This document shows, one piece after another, positions 48,565 to 57,593 of a stretch of DNA of 64,000 nt. Under the pieces are notes generated by a model, which was not told the DNA's origin, made no database searches, and saw only the letters and a list, made by a program, of their open reading frames with translations. The stretch lies in IMG/VR virus record IMGVR_UViG_3300009502_000040. One strand, given 5' to 3'. The stretch comes from an uncultured virus (IMG/VR IMGVR_UViG_3300009502_000040) (taxonomy: Duplodnaviria > Heunggongvirae > Uroviricota > Caudoviricetes). Position 1 is the first letter of the stretch. Every line of letters starts with the position of its first letter. The translations under genes and the position numbers were made by a program.

Positions 48565-51006
48565 ATGCAATATATTTTAAATAAAAGATTTGATGGAACA
48601 TTCACGATGAACTGGGTTGGAACAGAAATATCAACTGCACAGAGAGATATAAAAACTTTTTTATCCGACCCAACACTTGGAATAAAGTCGATCACTAAAT
48701 TCAATGATACTATTCGTGGAGCAACAACAGGCGGTACATCTCAGCACTATTTTGAAAGGTTATTTTCTTACAACAATGCCCGTAGTGGAGAAACTTGGAT
48801 TGAAAATATTCCAATTTCTGCAATTACAATGGCTGTGTGTGATTTAAATAATTTTCAAATTGTACTAACATATTACAGAATTGATACCGATGTAAAAACA
48901 CCAACTCTTTCTATTTCTGATATTGTAATCGAAGGCACATATGATATTGAAACTTCAACTGGAAATGTTGAAATTCCTTCAGGAAATACGTTTATTATTA
49001 TCACGCCTGTTGATATTTATAAAATATTCAAAATTACAGATTTCGAAATATATGGAATAAACACTGATCAGCTTAATATTAAATATAGAATAACTCAAGA
49101 TGGTGGTAGGCATTACACCGAATGGGAGCCATTAACAATGGAGAACTTATCGACTATAAGAATTAATCCGCTCAGGTTTGCTCAGATGGAGTATTTGGTA
49201 CAGAAAAAAGCTGGGTATGCTGGGTATGCAAAAATATATGACATTATTTTAGTTGGCGATTTTCAGAATATAAATTCAAATTATCTGAAATTAAACAGAT
49301 ATGGGATAAAAGAAAATTGTGCTCATCCAACAAACGGTGGTACAAGCGGAACAAGTGGAACTGCTGGAAGCGGGGTTGATGTTTGTTTTTCAGGGATGAC
49401 AGTAAAAGGATGCACAACAGATCAAAATTATAATATGGATTGGAGCACTCAATTTTTAAGCTGTTATTTAAATTCCAATCCTTACAGTTTAACATCGAGT
49501 AACGCTGGGTCAATTGGAACCGTAAGTTCATCAATTGCTGCCGCTGGGCAATGGAAGCCATATGACTTTGAAAAAATTATAAGTTGGTACAATTTACAAG
49601 CAATGCAAGTGAGTGATATGTTTGGATGGGATGTCGATTATCTGCTTAATGATCCAGATGGTAATGGTCAAGATATGACCCTACATGAAAATCAACTTTT
49701 TAATATTGTGGATAGGCAAAAAGTTAAAATTATTGTAGATCAAAATCAATTCCCAGACAATCAAGTTCAAATTAATATTTACACACTTGATATGTTTGAT
49801 ACTTTTGAAGTTTTGATAATGAAGGATGAATTTAAAAAGGCATTTGGAATTGAAAAAAGACCAGCACAAAAAGATATTCTTAGCTTCTGTGTTACAAATA
49901 GGTTATATAGGGTTAAGCATGCTCAAATTTTTAAAGATATCATGTATGTTGGATTCTATTATAAGGTAGTATTAGAAAAATATGAAAAACTTGCCAACGA
50001 AGATGTTGTGTCATCAGCAGCTCAGTCATTATTGACGGCATTAACTACAAATACAACACTTGACGAATTATTCAAATTTGAAAATAGAGAAGATATGGGT
50101 AAAACAATTAAAAAGCAATTTAAGCCATTAACTCATGATCCATATCGTTCAGAAGTTAATCCGAAGGTTTCTATCGTAACAAAAGATATCATTAACAATG
50201 GATTAGTTATTGCAAAGAGTTACTATGATTTCAATGCACTATCAGCATCAACAAGTGCAGTCACATATTCTATTTATGATCCAGAAATGTTGGTTAGTGA
50301 TAATAGGGCATTTTCATTTTGGGTTAACTTCAACAATAAATATGATGAAAATAAAACCATAGACGAAAATGTATTTAACTCATATAATATTCCACTTAAT
50401 TCATACTATGAATTTTTAAATAATTACGATGAAATTAATAAAAGTGGTTATAAAATTTGGTACAGTAATAAAATGTTTGGTGTTTTATTAAATGATAAAA
50501 CATATTTTGTTACTTGCAACGCATTAACAACAAACCTATGGTATGGTGTATTAATTAACATTAATAATAGGCAAAGAACTGTTGATTTAAGTGTGTATAA
50601 AAGAGATTGTGAATACTATATTAAATTTTTTAACAAATCATACAATAGTGTATCTGTTGAATCATCAAATTTAACTGGAATAACATTTTATACAAGCACT
50701 GGGTATAAGCCTGTAAAAAACACCGATATATTGAAAAATATAGTAAACACATCTTTGCGTCAGCTTTACAGTCAAGAATACGATAATGTAGGACCAATAA
50801 GTTTCATGGTTGATCAAACTATTACAGTAAATGCCTCCAATATTAAACTTACAAATATTAGAATTTTTGATGCTATTGTTCCAGATGAAGAAAAGACTAA
50901 TATTCTATGCCAAAATATCATTCATGATGGTAATCATTTAATTCTTGGGGATAATGCTAACAGACAACTTTATACCACAAATATACAGACTAAAAGATGG
51001 GAATAA
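48565..51006 (+). CDS. Large virion protein containing a T4 gp14-like neck/head-closure domain
   Basis: Central FGWDVDY...D..LHE and FG..KRPAQKDILSF..TNRLYRV resemble gp14 motifs; lectin-like C-terminus. Confidence 0.55.
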   Translation: MQYILNKRFDGTFTMNWVGTEISTAQRDIKTFLSDPTLGIKSITKFNDTIRGATTGGTSQHYFERLFSYNNARSGETWIENIPISAITMAVCDLNNFQIVLTYYRIDTDVKTPTLSISDIVIEGTYDIETSTGNVEIPSGNTFIIITPVDIYKIFKITDFEIYGINTDQLNIKYRITQDGGRHYTEWEPLTMENLSTIRINPLRFAQMEYLVQKKAGYAGYAKIYDIILVGDFQNINSNYLKLNRYGIKENCAHPTNGGTSGTSGTAGSGVDVCFSGMTVKGCTTDQNYNMDWSTQFLSCYLNSNPYSLTSSNAGSIGTVSSSIAAAGQWKPYDFEKIISWYNLQAMQVSDMFGWDVDYLLNDPDGNGQDMTLHENQLFNIVDRQKVKIIVDQNQFPDNQVQINIYTLDMFDTFEVLIMKDEFKKAFGIEKRPAQKDILSFCVTNRLYRVKHAQIFKDIMYVGFYYKVVLEKYEKLANEDVVSSAAQSLLTALTTNTTLDELFKFENREDMGKTIKKQFKPLTHDPYRSEVNPKVSIVTKDIINNGLVIAKSYYDFNALSASTSAVTYSIYDPEMLVSDNRAFSFWVNFNNKYDENKTIDENVFNSYNIPLNSYYEFLNNYDEINKSGYKIWYSNKMFGVLLNDKTYFVTCNALTTNLWYGVLININNRQRTVDLSVYKRDCEYYIKFFNKSYNSVSVESSNLTGITFYTSTGYKPVKNTDILKNIVNTSLRQLYSQEYDNVGPISFMVDQTITVNASNIKLTNIRIFDAIVPDEEKTNILCQNIIHDGNHLILGDNANRQLYTTNIQTKRWE

Positions 51007-51521
51007 TAAAAATGTTCGAAGATTATACAGAGACTCAATGGACTTCAGAAATGAAACTAAAGTTTGATAATGCAAAATATATTGCTATAACTAAATATGA
51101 AGATTATGATGAACTAAATATAATAAAATTATACCAAGCTATTGTTGGAAATGCAAAAACTTTAATTCCAGCCAATACAAATACATTTAACCAAACTTTG
51201 TCAAATCGTAGATTGCAAACTCAGAAAGATGATACATTTAATATTCTAATTTTTAAAGAGTCTATTGAATATATTTTAAATACGAAGATTATATCATTTA
51301 CCCAATTATATAAAAGTAATGATGATACAAGCCATGATACATCATCTGTATTAATTATAAAGACTTATATAATAAATGGACAACTTTATTTAGATGCTAA
51401 ATATGATCCAACTAAAAATAGCTTTGGTTGGAAAATTCCAGTCGATATGAATATTCCAATAAAAATATGGAAAAAAGGAAAAGAAATAACTAAATGGGTA
51501 GCCAGTAGATTTGATCTTTAA
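50997..51521 (+). CDS. Protein with IKMFEDY leader and RFDL tag
   Basis: ends WVASRFDL*. Confidence 0.75.
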   Translation: MGIIKMFEDYTETQWTSEMKLKFDNAKYIAITKYEDYDELNIIKLYQAIVGNAKTLIPANTNTFNQTLSNRRLQTQKDDTFNILIFKESIEYILNTKIISFTQLYKSNDDTSHDTSSVLIIKTYIINGQLYLDAKYDPTKNSFGWKIPVDMNIPIKIWKKGKEITKWVASRFDL

Positions 51522-51555
51522 TGATAAAGAAATCATCGCCCCTTGGGGCGAGCGT

Positions 51556-51581
51556 GCGGGTTAACCCGCTTTTTTTATTTC
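51556..51581 (+). repeat. 26-bp hairpin direct repeat, copy 1 (terminator)
   Basis: GCGGGttAACCCGCTTTTTTTATTTC; preceded by second hairpin TCGCCCC-TT-GGGGCGA. Confidence 0.8.
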
Positions 51582-51582
51582 A

Positions 51583-52494
51583 TTAAAGATATAAATAAAA
51601 TGTCCCACTTTTATTACCCTTCACCCAATCAACTTTATATTTAACTGGGCAAGCATCACCAGAAATAGGTTGATTATTGATATCGTAGCCATATGTTATT
51701 GTTGCACTTTTTTGATCTGATGGAATATTATATTTTCTAATTCCTTGGCATGGGTTCCAGTCGCAGATTTGACGAAAGACTACACTTTGCAAAATCTGGG
51801 TATAAAAATTCTCTCCGTTTCTGTTTTGACCCCAAGTGACTAAATTATCGTAACCGTCAGCACTTCCAAAACCATCAACAGTCATAATCAATGTATGTTG
51901 ATTAAAATCACCTGTGAAAGTTCTTAGTCTTCTTATATTCCAATTTTTGGTTGTATTATTTTCAAATGTTATTTCAACATTTCCTTCGATTTTATGAACA
52001 ACAGATGTTATACTTCCACCAAGTTGAGAGATAAGCCCACCAGTAACATTTTTTAAAGATTTTTTTCCATTTATAATTATCCATTTACCATTTGAGACCT
52101 TTGTCACTTTAAAGTTAATATGTTTAACTATAATTGTTGCGTCAGCTTCAACCCAATTGGTACCAACTTTTTTATCAATCTCAATTTGTCCATTTCTCAA
52201 TTTCGTTCCAGCGCAGTTTAATCCATTATATGTGATGTAATAATGATTTGTATCATTGAATACTTTTACTGAATCCAATGTTGCATTACAAGGTAAAATT
52301 TCTGTACTTTTTAATGTACCAATCATTTCACTGGCATCATTCATACTCTCATCAATAGCATTATCAACTTTGAGATCATCTGAGGTTAATTGTTGTAGAG
52401 ATGTAGTATCAATGATAACGGGGCTTTCTTTTTCTTTTTGGCAACCTAACATAAAAAATGCCACTAATCCAATAACAATAAGCAGTTTTTTCAT
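51583..52494 (-). CDS. Bacteroidota-type lipoprotein
   Basis: Lipobox MLGC followed by QKEKE; beta-rich body. Confidence 0.8.
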   Translation of the reverse strand: MKKLLIVIGLVAFFMLGCQKEKESPVIIDTTSLQQLTSDDLKVDNAIDESMNDASEMIGTLKSTEILPCNATLDSVKVFNDTNHYYITYNGLNCAGTKLRNGQIEIDKKVGTNWVEADATIIVKHINFKVTKVSNGKWIIINGKKSLKNVTGGLISQLGGSITSVVHKIEGNVEITFENNTTKNWNIRRLRTFTGDFNQHTLIMTVDGFGSADGYDNLVTWGQNRNGENFYTQILQSVVFRQICDWNPCQGIRKYNIPSDQKSATITYGYDINNQPISGDACPVKYKVDWVKGNKSGTFYLYL

Positions 52495-52552
52495 AAATAT
52501 CTTTTTTTTTATATATAATACACCTTATATTATATTTACCCTTATAAAAAAA

Positions 52553-52578
52553 GCGGGGCAACCCGCTTTTTTTATTTC
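52553..52578 (+). repeat. 26-bp hairpin direct repeat, copy 2 (terminator)
   Basis: GCGGGgcAACCCGCTTTTTTTATTTC, 24/26 identical to copy 1. Confidence 0.8.
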
Positions 52579-52690
52579 GAGCTGTGTGTAAAGGGTTTCT
52601 AAATTTGCCATACGATTTTTTAATTATTTTTTGAAAAAGCCTTTCGGCTTCTGTTGTAGTATATATGGCACTTTTTATAAAAAGTTTAAG

Positions 52691-52798
52691 TTATTTTGTT
52701 ATTAATTGCAGTTTTCGCAATTTTTTTATTCTGGAGAGCCTTACTATCTCAAAGTATTCATTAAATGCTGGTTCCGTACTTTGAACTTTAAATCCCAT
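52691..52798 (-). pseudogene. Remnant or mini-gene with RxxKLxxL tag
   Basis: MGFKVQSTEPAFNEYFEIVRLSRIKKLRKLQLITK*; upstream in-frame sequence from ATG 52903 contains several stops. Confidence 0.5.
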
Positions 52799-52903
52799 TC
52801 CGCTGACTTGATATTGATATTTTAAAATGAACTATACATATGTTATGACTTGGAAATTTTATGGTTAGAATATCTTCTATCCGTCTGGGGCGGAGAAGTT
52901 CAT

Positions 52904-53389
52904 TTATTCACCGATCAAATTTTTGATGTCCTTACTCTGAAAATATTTAACCTTTTTATCTTTAACTTTAAATTCGAAAATTTGAAAATCTTTTATTGCC
53001 ATTTCAATTTCATCAATAAATTTATTGAGGGCTTTAATTGATTTTTCATATGTTAAATCAGCTTGCCAATAATCAGGAAATCTTTTTCTGAAACTTATTA
53101 ATTCATTTTCAATTATTTTTACACTAATAAAAACATTTTTTTCGAAAATATTTGATTTAATCTTTAATATTTCAATCATATGAGTACTGAAACGATGCAC
53201 TAAATTGTCAGTTTCAATAACTTTAAGTAAGCCCATAACATATCCAAGTTCTTCAGAAATCGACACTGGCTTATTATCTTTGACGATTCCTTGGATTTCA
53301 CTTTCATTCTTATCTCTTAACGAGAATTTTTTATAGTCAAGCCATAATCCTCTTCGAATTATGTCATCAGGTGTGAGAGTAATAATCAT
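52904..53389 (-). CDS. Hypothetical protein
   Basis: ORF track. Confidence 0.75.
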   Translation of the reverse strand: MIITLTPDDIIRRGLWLDYKKFSLRDKNESEIQGIVKDNKPVSISEELGYVMGLLKVIETDNLVHRFSTHMIEILKIKSNIFEKNVFISVKIIENELISFRKRFPDYWQADLTYEKSIKALNKFIDEIEMAIKDFQIFEFKVKDKKVKYFQSKDIKNLIGE

Positions 53390-53467
53390 ATGTGGAGAGT
53401 TGTTTTTTTATCTTATTACAAATATTCAAAAAAGTTTTATTTATATATAGAAAAAAGATTGGACCTA

Positions 53468-53845
53468 ATGAAAAATAAAATCTTAATAGTAGATGATGAT
53501 ACTGAAAGTTGTATATTACAGCAAGCAGTAACACAACGAATGGGGTTCTACACTCAATTAGCAGTGAATGGCATTGAAGCTATAAATGTCATAAAAGAGG
53601 ATCAGCCAGATATGGTTTTATTAGACATTTTTATGCCACAAATGGATGGGTTTGAAACTGCCAAATTAATACATGATAAATTCAATATTCCTATTATAAT
53701 AATTACCGCTGGAGGAAATCAATCGATCAATAAAATTAAAGAAATGCAACTTGGGATAATACATTTTGTTCAAAAACCAATTAACCCGACACTTTTACAG
53801 CATGAAATTGTAAAATGTGTGAATGAAATAAACAAAGCAAAATAA
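53468..53845 (+). CDS. Stand-alone CheY-like response-regulator receiver
   Basis: ILIVDDD, LLDIFMPQMDG, IITA, QKP; start moved to 53468. Confidence 0.9.
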   Translation: MKNKILIVDDDTESCILQQAVTQRMGFYTQLAVNGIEAINVIKEDQPDMVLLDIFMPQMDGFETAKLIHDKFNIPIIIITAGGNQSINKIKEMQLGIIHFVQKPINPTLLQHEIVKCVNEINKAK

Positions 53846-53855
53846 ATAAACTATA

Positions 53856-54722
53856 ATGTTAAAAGATTATTCTCAATACTTAATGGAAAATATAAAAACT
53901 CCAACGCTTAAGGTTCCAACAGATCAGGAAGTAGAAGAAGCAGAAAAAATATTGGCAGATGATGTCAATCCTGACTGGGATGCTAAAAATGGGTATTTTA
54001 TTATTGATGTATCTGGTAAATATCACGTATACTATACATTATGGAGATATAAACCATCGATGGCAAATCAATATATCAGTTCAATGGTTTTTATAACAAA
54101 TTTAAGTACCGATTTTTTGACAGCGGTAAATAAATCCAAAAAAATATGCGGGAGAACTCCTATAATAATCGATAAAATTGGATCACATCAAGGATTATTC
54201 AAAGCTCAAAAATCACAAATCTTAACTTTCGGAAAATATCGTGGAAGCACAATGGGTGAAGTTTTTGCAACAGACCCAAAGTATTTAGTATTTATGGCAA
54301 ATAAATACGAGGGTGGGAATGCTGAAAGAATGGCATTATTTCAATTTTACAAATCTCTTTATTTTGAAAATGTAACTAAAGAAAATCGTGAAAAAGGAGT
54401 ATCACAATATGTTGGTAATGTTGGTGACGAAATTGAAAAAGAATTCACACTATATAAAATGGAAAAGGTAGCTGGATTCAATGCTGGTGACCCACCTTCA
54501 AATTTACTGAAATTGAGGGATGATGATAAAAATCAATACACCATTTATTACAATAAAGAAATATCACCTGATACAAAAATTGGTGATAAAATAGTGATAA
54601 AGGCAAAAATTAAAAGCCATTATGAAACTCTTGGGCTTAAATATACCAGACTCTATTATCCAAAAAATTTTGTAAATAAATCGCTTAATAAAAGAAATGC
54701 AATAAATAGATTCGATTTGTAG
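53856..54722 (+). CDS. Protein with FGKYRG domain, OB-fold-like C-terminus and RFDL tag
   Basis: LTFGKYRG...DPKYL; SQYVG.VG...; ends AINRFDL*. Confidence 0.75.
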   Translation: MLKDYSQYLMENIKTPTLKVPTDQEVEEAEKILADDVNPDWDAKNGYFIIDVSGKYHVYYTLWRYKPSMANQYISSMVFITNLSTDFLTAVNKSKKICGRTPIIIDKIGSHQGLFKAQKSQILTFGKYRGSTMGEVFATDPKYLVFMANKYEGGNAERMALFQFYKSLYFENVTKENREKGVSQYVGNVGDEIEKEFTLYKMEKVAGFNAGDPPSNLLKLRDDDKNQYTIYYNKEISPDTKIGDKIVIKAKIKSHYETLGLKYTRLYYPKNFVNKSLNKRNAINRFDL

Positions 54723-54748
54723 TATAATTTAAATGAAATAGTATAATT

Positions 54749-54904
54749 ATGGGTAGACCAAAAATTTCAAGTAAGAAAGTTGCAATTTCTTTAACTATCA
54801 ACACCGAATTGGATCAGTTGCTGGATAAGATTGTTGAGGAAAAGAAGCTATCAAAATCACAATATATTGAGGCTTTGATAAAAAAAGATATTCATAAACA
54901 TTAG
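54749..54904 (+). CDS. Ribbon-helix-helix protein (51 aa), near-duplicate of 7598-7762
   Basis: Manual translation MGRPKISSKKVAISLTINTELDQLLDKIVEEKKLSKSQYIEALIKKDIHKH. Confidence 0.85.
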   Translation: MGRPKISSKKVAISLTINTELDQLLDKIVEEKKLSKSQYIEALIKKDIHKH

Positions 54905-54916
54905 TAAAATAAGTTA

Positions 54917-55684
54917 TTACTGGATTAGGTTACTATAATAATGAACGCCCTTGATCTTAAAATCGAAAATAAATTCATCTGGTAAAGATGAGGACATTAT
55001 TCTTACTTCATTGTTTTTAATTATACATTTCATTTTCACATTTATTTCATTCCCCCAAAAATCAAAATTAAATGCTGCATCTTGTACAAATTCATTTTCC
55101 CAAATAATTGATGACTCTTCTTTTCTTGCCAGTAATGTTAAATAGCGTGTTCCATATTGAAACAATTTCTTTTTTCTGTGAATTTCAAATGTATCACCGA
55201 CATTCAAAGATTTTATATCAGCTATTCGATCTTCGGTGATCATATACCCTTGATATTCTAAATGCTTATATGATAATATATTCCTCTTGGGGTGATCTGT
55301 ATGTATAATCTTGTAACAAAGATAATCTTTATTCTTCGCCCAGTGCTGCTCTTGATTTATCGTACTAATAAATCGCACCACTTCTGATAGCGTATCTTTA
55401 TTATTAATATATATTTTTTCAATATTAACGGAATTGCTTTGATGTTCTATAATAGTCCACAACCTGATAATTTTAGAATGGTTATAGGTAATGAAATATT
55501 TGTCACAGAACAAGATATTATATTTCACATCCAAGATAAATTCTGGAAACATCTTTCTCAATTCGCTCAATTTAACTTTATTATAATACTCCCAGACTTG
55601 ACCCGTACTTAATTTATCAGGATTTATGACGAAAAGGTTCATTATAATAATGGAATTCTTAAAGAAAAAGATAAAATTAGGCAA
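54917..55684 (-). CDS. Hypothetical protein (start probably MNLFVI)
   Basis: ORF track. Confidence 0.65.
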   Translation of the reverse strand: MPNFIFFFKNSIIIMNLFVINPDKLSTGQVWEYYNKVKLSELRKMFPEFILDVKYNILFCDKYFITYNHSKIIRLWTIIEHQSNSVNIEKIYINNKDTLSEVVRFISTINQEQHWAKNKDYLCYKIIHTDHPKRNILSYKHLEYQGYMITEDRIADIKSLNVGDTFEIHRKKKLFQYGTRYLTLLARKEESSIIWENEFVQDAAFNFDFWGNEINVKMKCIIKNNEVRIMSSSLPDEFIFDFKIKGVHYYSNLIQ

Positions 55685-55732
55685 CAGGAGATTACCAATT
55701 TTTTAAAATGTATATTTATAAGAATAAAAGAC

Positions 55733-57289
55733 TCATAAGGCAATTTTTCTTTCATCAAAATCGAATTTCTGTTTCTTATAGATTTCATCTCTTCGGGATT
55801 CATAATGAGATATTAATATTGTCTTTATGCCTGGATAAAAAACATCGACTAAATCAAATACAACGAGCTTGGCTTTTTCGGAATGTATACGCATTCCACG
55901 TCCCACCGACTGCATCACAACACGGAAACTTTTATAACTATCGCAGAATACAATATTTGTGATAGCACGAATAGATACACCAGTACTCAATGTTCCATAT
56001 GAGGCAACAAGTATTTTTGGGTTTCCACTTGTATCTTCCATCATTTTTTTTATATACTCTCTTTTCTCATTCTTAATGCTCCCATCAATAAAATAAATAT
56101 CTTTACCAACGCAATTATCTCTCAAAAAATCATATAGGTCGGTGCCATATTCAATTGTATGAAATAATAAGAGAGAATTTTGCGTGAATTTATCTACTAA
56201 CACTTTAATAAACTTTTTTCTTTTTGCAGAATTGTGGATATATTCACGTTCCAAATGGAACGCTTTGGCCCCGTCAAATTTTCTTATTTTTGCAACTCCA
56301 TTAGCAAATTCTCTATTGTTATGTTGCAACATTATTGCTTTTATTTTGATGTTAGTTATTAGTCCTTTATCCATCAAACTACGGGCACTAATATTGACTA
56401 AAATTGGGCCCATCAAAGATTCTATGGTGAGAATTTCAGACGTAGTTGTGTCAGGAAAAGTTCCGCTCATCCCAAATCGCATTTTTGCTGTCCCAAACGT
56501 GCGGCTTAAAATTGATATTAAAGATTGTGCTTTTGCAAGATGGCTTTCGTCACAACAAACAACATCAAACTTAGAAAAAAAATCACGCTGTTTTTTTTCC
56601 AAACTTTGATAAGTTCCAATGAAAATATTTGCTTCTTGTTCACCATGGTATTTTCGTGGATTATCCGACATTATTTCTTCAATTTTTATTTCCATAGGAT
56701 TTTTATTTTCATTTTTAAATCCATAATTATAATCCATTATATCATTATAAAATTGAGTTACAAGATTTATATTTGGAACAATCAATAGAAATTTTGCCTG
56801 AGGATTAATAAATTTCAAATAATAAAAAAGCAATGAACCATATATTAATGACTTACCCCCTGCCGTAGCAACTTGCAAAAGACCGTAATGATATTTTAAA
56901 ATTTGATAAATACCATCAATCTGATGATCGTGCGGGGTAAATGGACTTAAACCGTCTTGTGTTTTATGATCTTTGAAAAAATCTTTAACAAAAGCATCAA
57001 TTGTTTCTCTTGTTATACTTAGATCAATAGGAAACTGCTCTTGGTTTTGAATAATAAATGGATATCCATATTGCCTACAACACTTGTAGACTTCGTTCCA
57101 TAAGCCAAAATCCATAAAACCATCTTTGAAATAGTCTATATCACCATTCCATAGACCTAATTTAAATCTTGGACTAAAACGGTAATTTTTTACTTTTCTT
57201 GTTAAGAACAATTTAAGCTGGTTTAGTTCAGCCTTTGTGCTTTCAACTAATATTATTTTAGAATTATCTGCATTAAGTTTTAATTTCAT
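55733..57289 (-). CDS. uvsW: SF2 DNA helicase, T4 UvsW-like
   Basis: WNGDI, ATAGGKS, TYQSL, DESH, GMSGT, STGVSI, QSVGRGMR. Confidence 0.88.
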   Translation of the reverse strand: MKLKLNADNSKIILVESTKAELNQLKLFLTRKVKNYRFSPRFKLGLWNGDIDYFKDGFMDFGLWNEVYKCCRQYGYPFIIQNQEQFPIDLSITRETIDAFVKDFFKDHKTQDGLSPFTPHDHQIDGIYQILKYHYGLLQVATAGGKSLIYGSLLFYYLKFINPQAKFLLIVPNINLVTQFYNDIMDYNYGFKNENKNPMEIKIEEIMSDNPRKYHGEQEANIFIGTYQSLEKKQRDFFSKFDVVCCDESHLAKAQSLISILSRTFGTAKMRFGMSGTFPDTTTSEILTIESLMGPILVNISARSLMDKGLITNIKIKAIMLQHNNREFANGVAKIRKFDGAKAFHLEREYIHNSAKRKKFIKVLVDKFTQNSLLLFHTIEYGTDLYDFLRDNCVGKDIYFIDGSIKNEKREYIKKMMEDTSGNPKILVASYGTLSTGVSIRAITNIVFCDSYKSFRVVMQSVGRGMRIHSEKAKLVVFDLVDVFYPGIKTILISHYESRRDEIYKKQKFDFDERKIAL

Positions 57290-57593
57290 TAATTTGCCTT
57301 AATTTTCTTTTTCGTTGATTGCCTAATCTATTTTTATAATAAATATATTCAAAGCCGAATCTCTTATATAGTCCTAAAATTCCATTTTGTTCTTCACCAC
57401 ATTTACTACAATATTTATGCTTGATAAGCCCGTCCCAGTCATCATTAAACGTTAATAATAGAATATGCTTATGTGAAAATGGCGAAGATGGGAATCCATT
57501 TATTTCATCTAACATCCAATTCAATGTGATTTGCTCAATAAACCGCCATCTATGATATACACATTTATGCCACATCTTATTTATATCCACCAA
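57273..57593 (-). CDS. Hypothetical protein with RxxKLxxI tag
   Basis: ends RKRKLRQINEIKT; sits between helicase and upstream gene. Confidence 0.7.
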   Translation of the reverse strand: MVDINKMWHKCVYHRWRFIEQITLNWMLDEINGFPSSPFSHKHILLLTFNDDWDGLIKHKYCSKCGEEQNGILGLYKRFGFEYIYYKNRLGNQRKRKLRQINEIKT

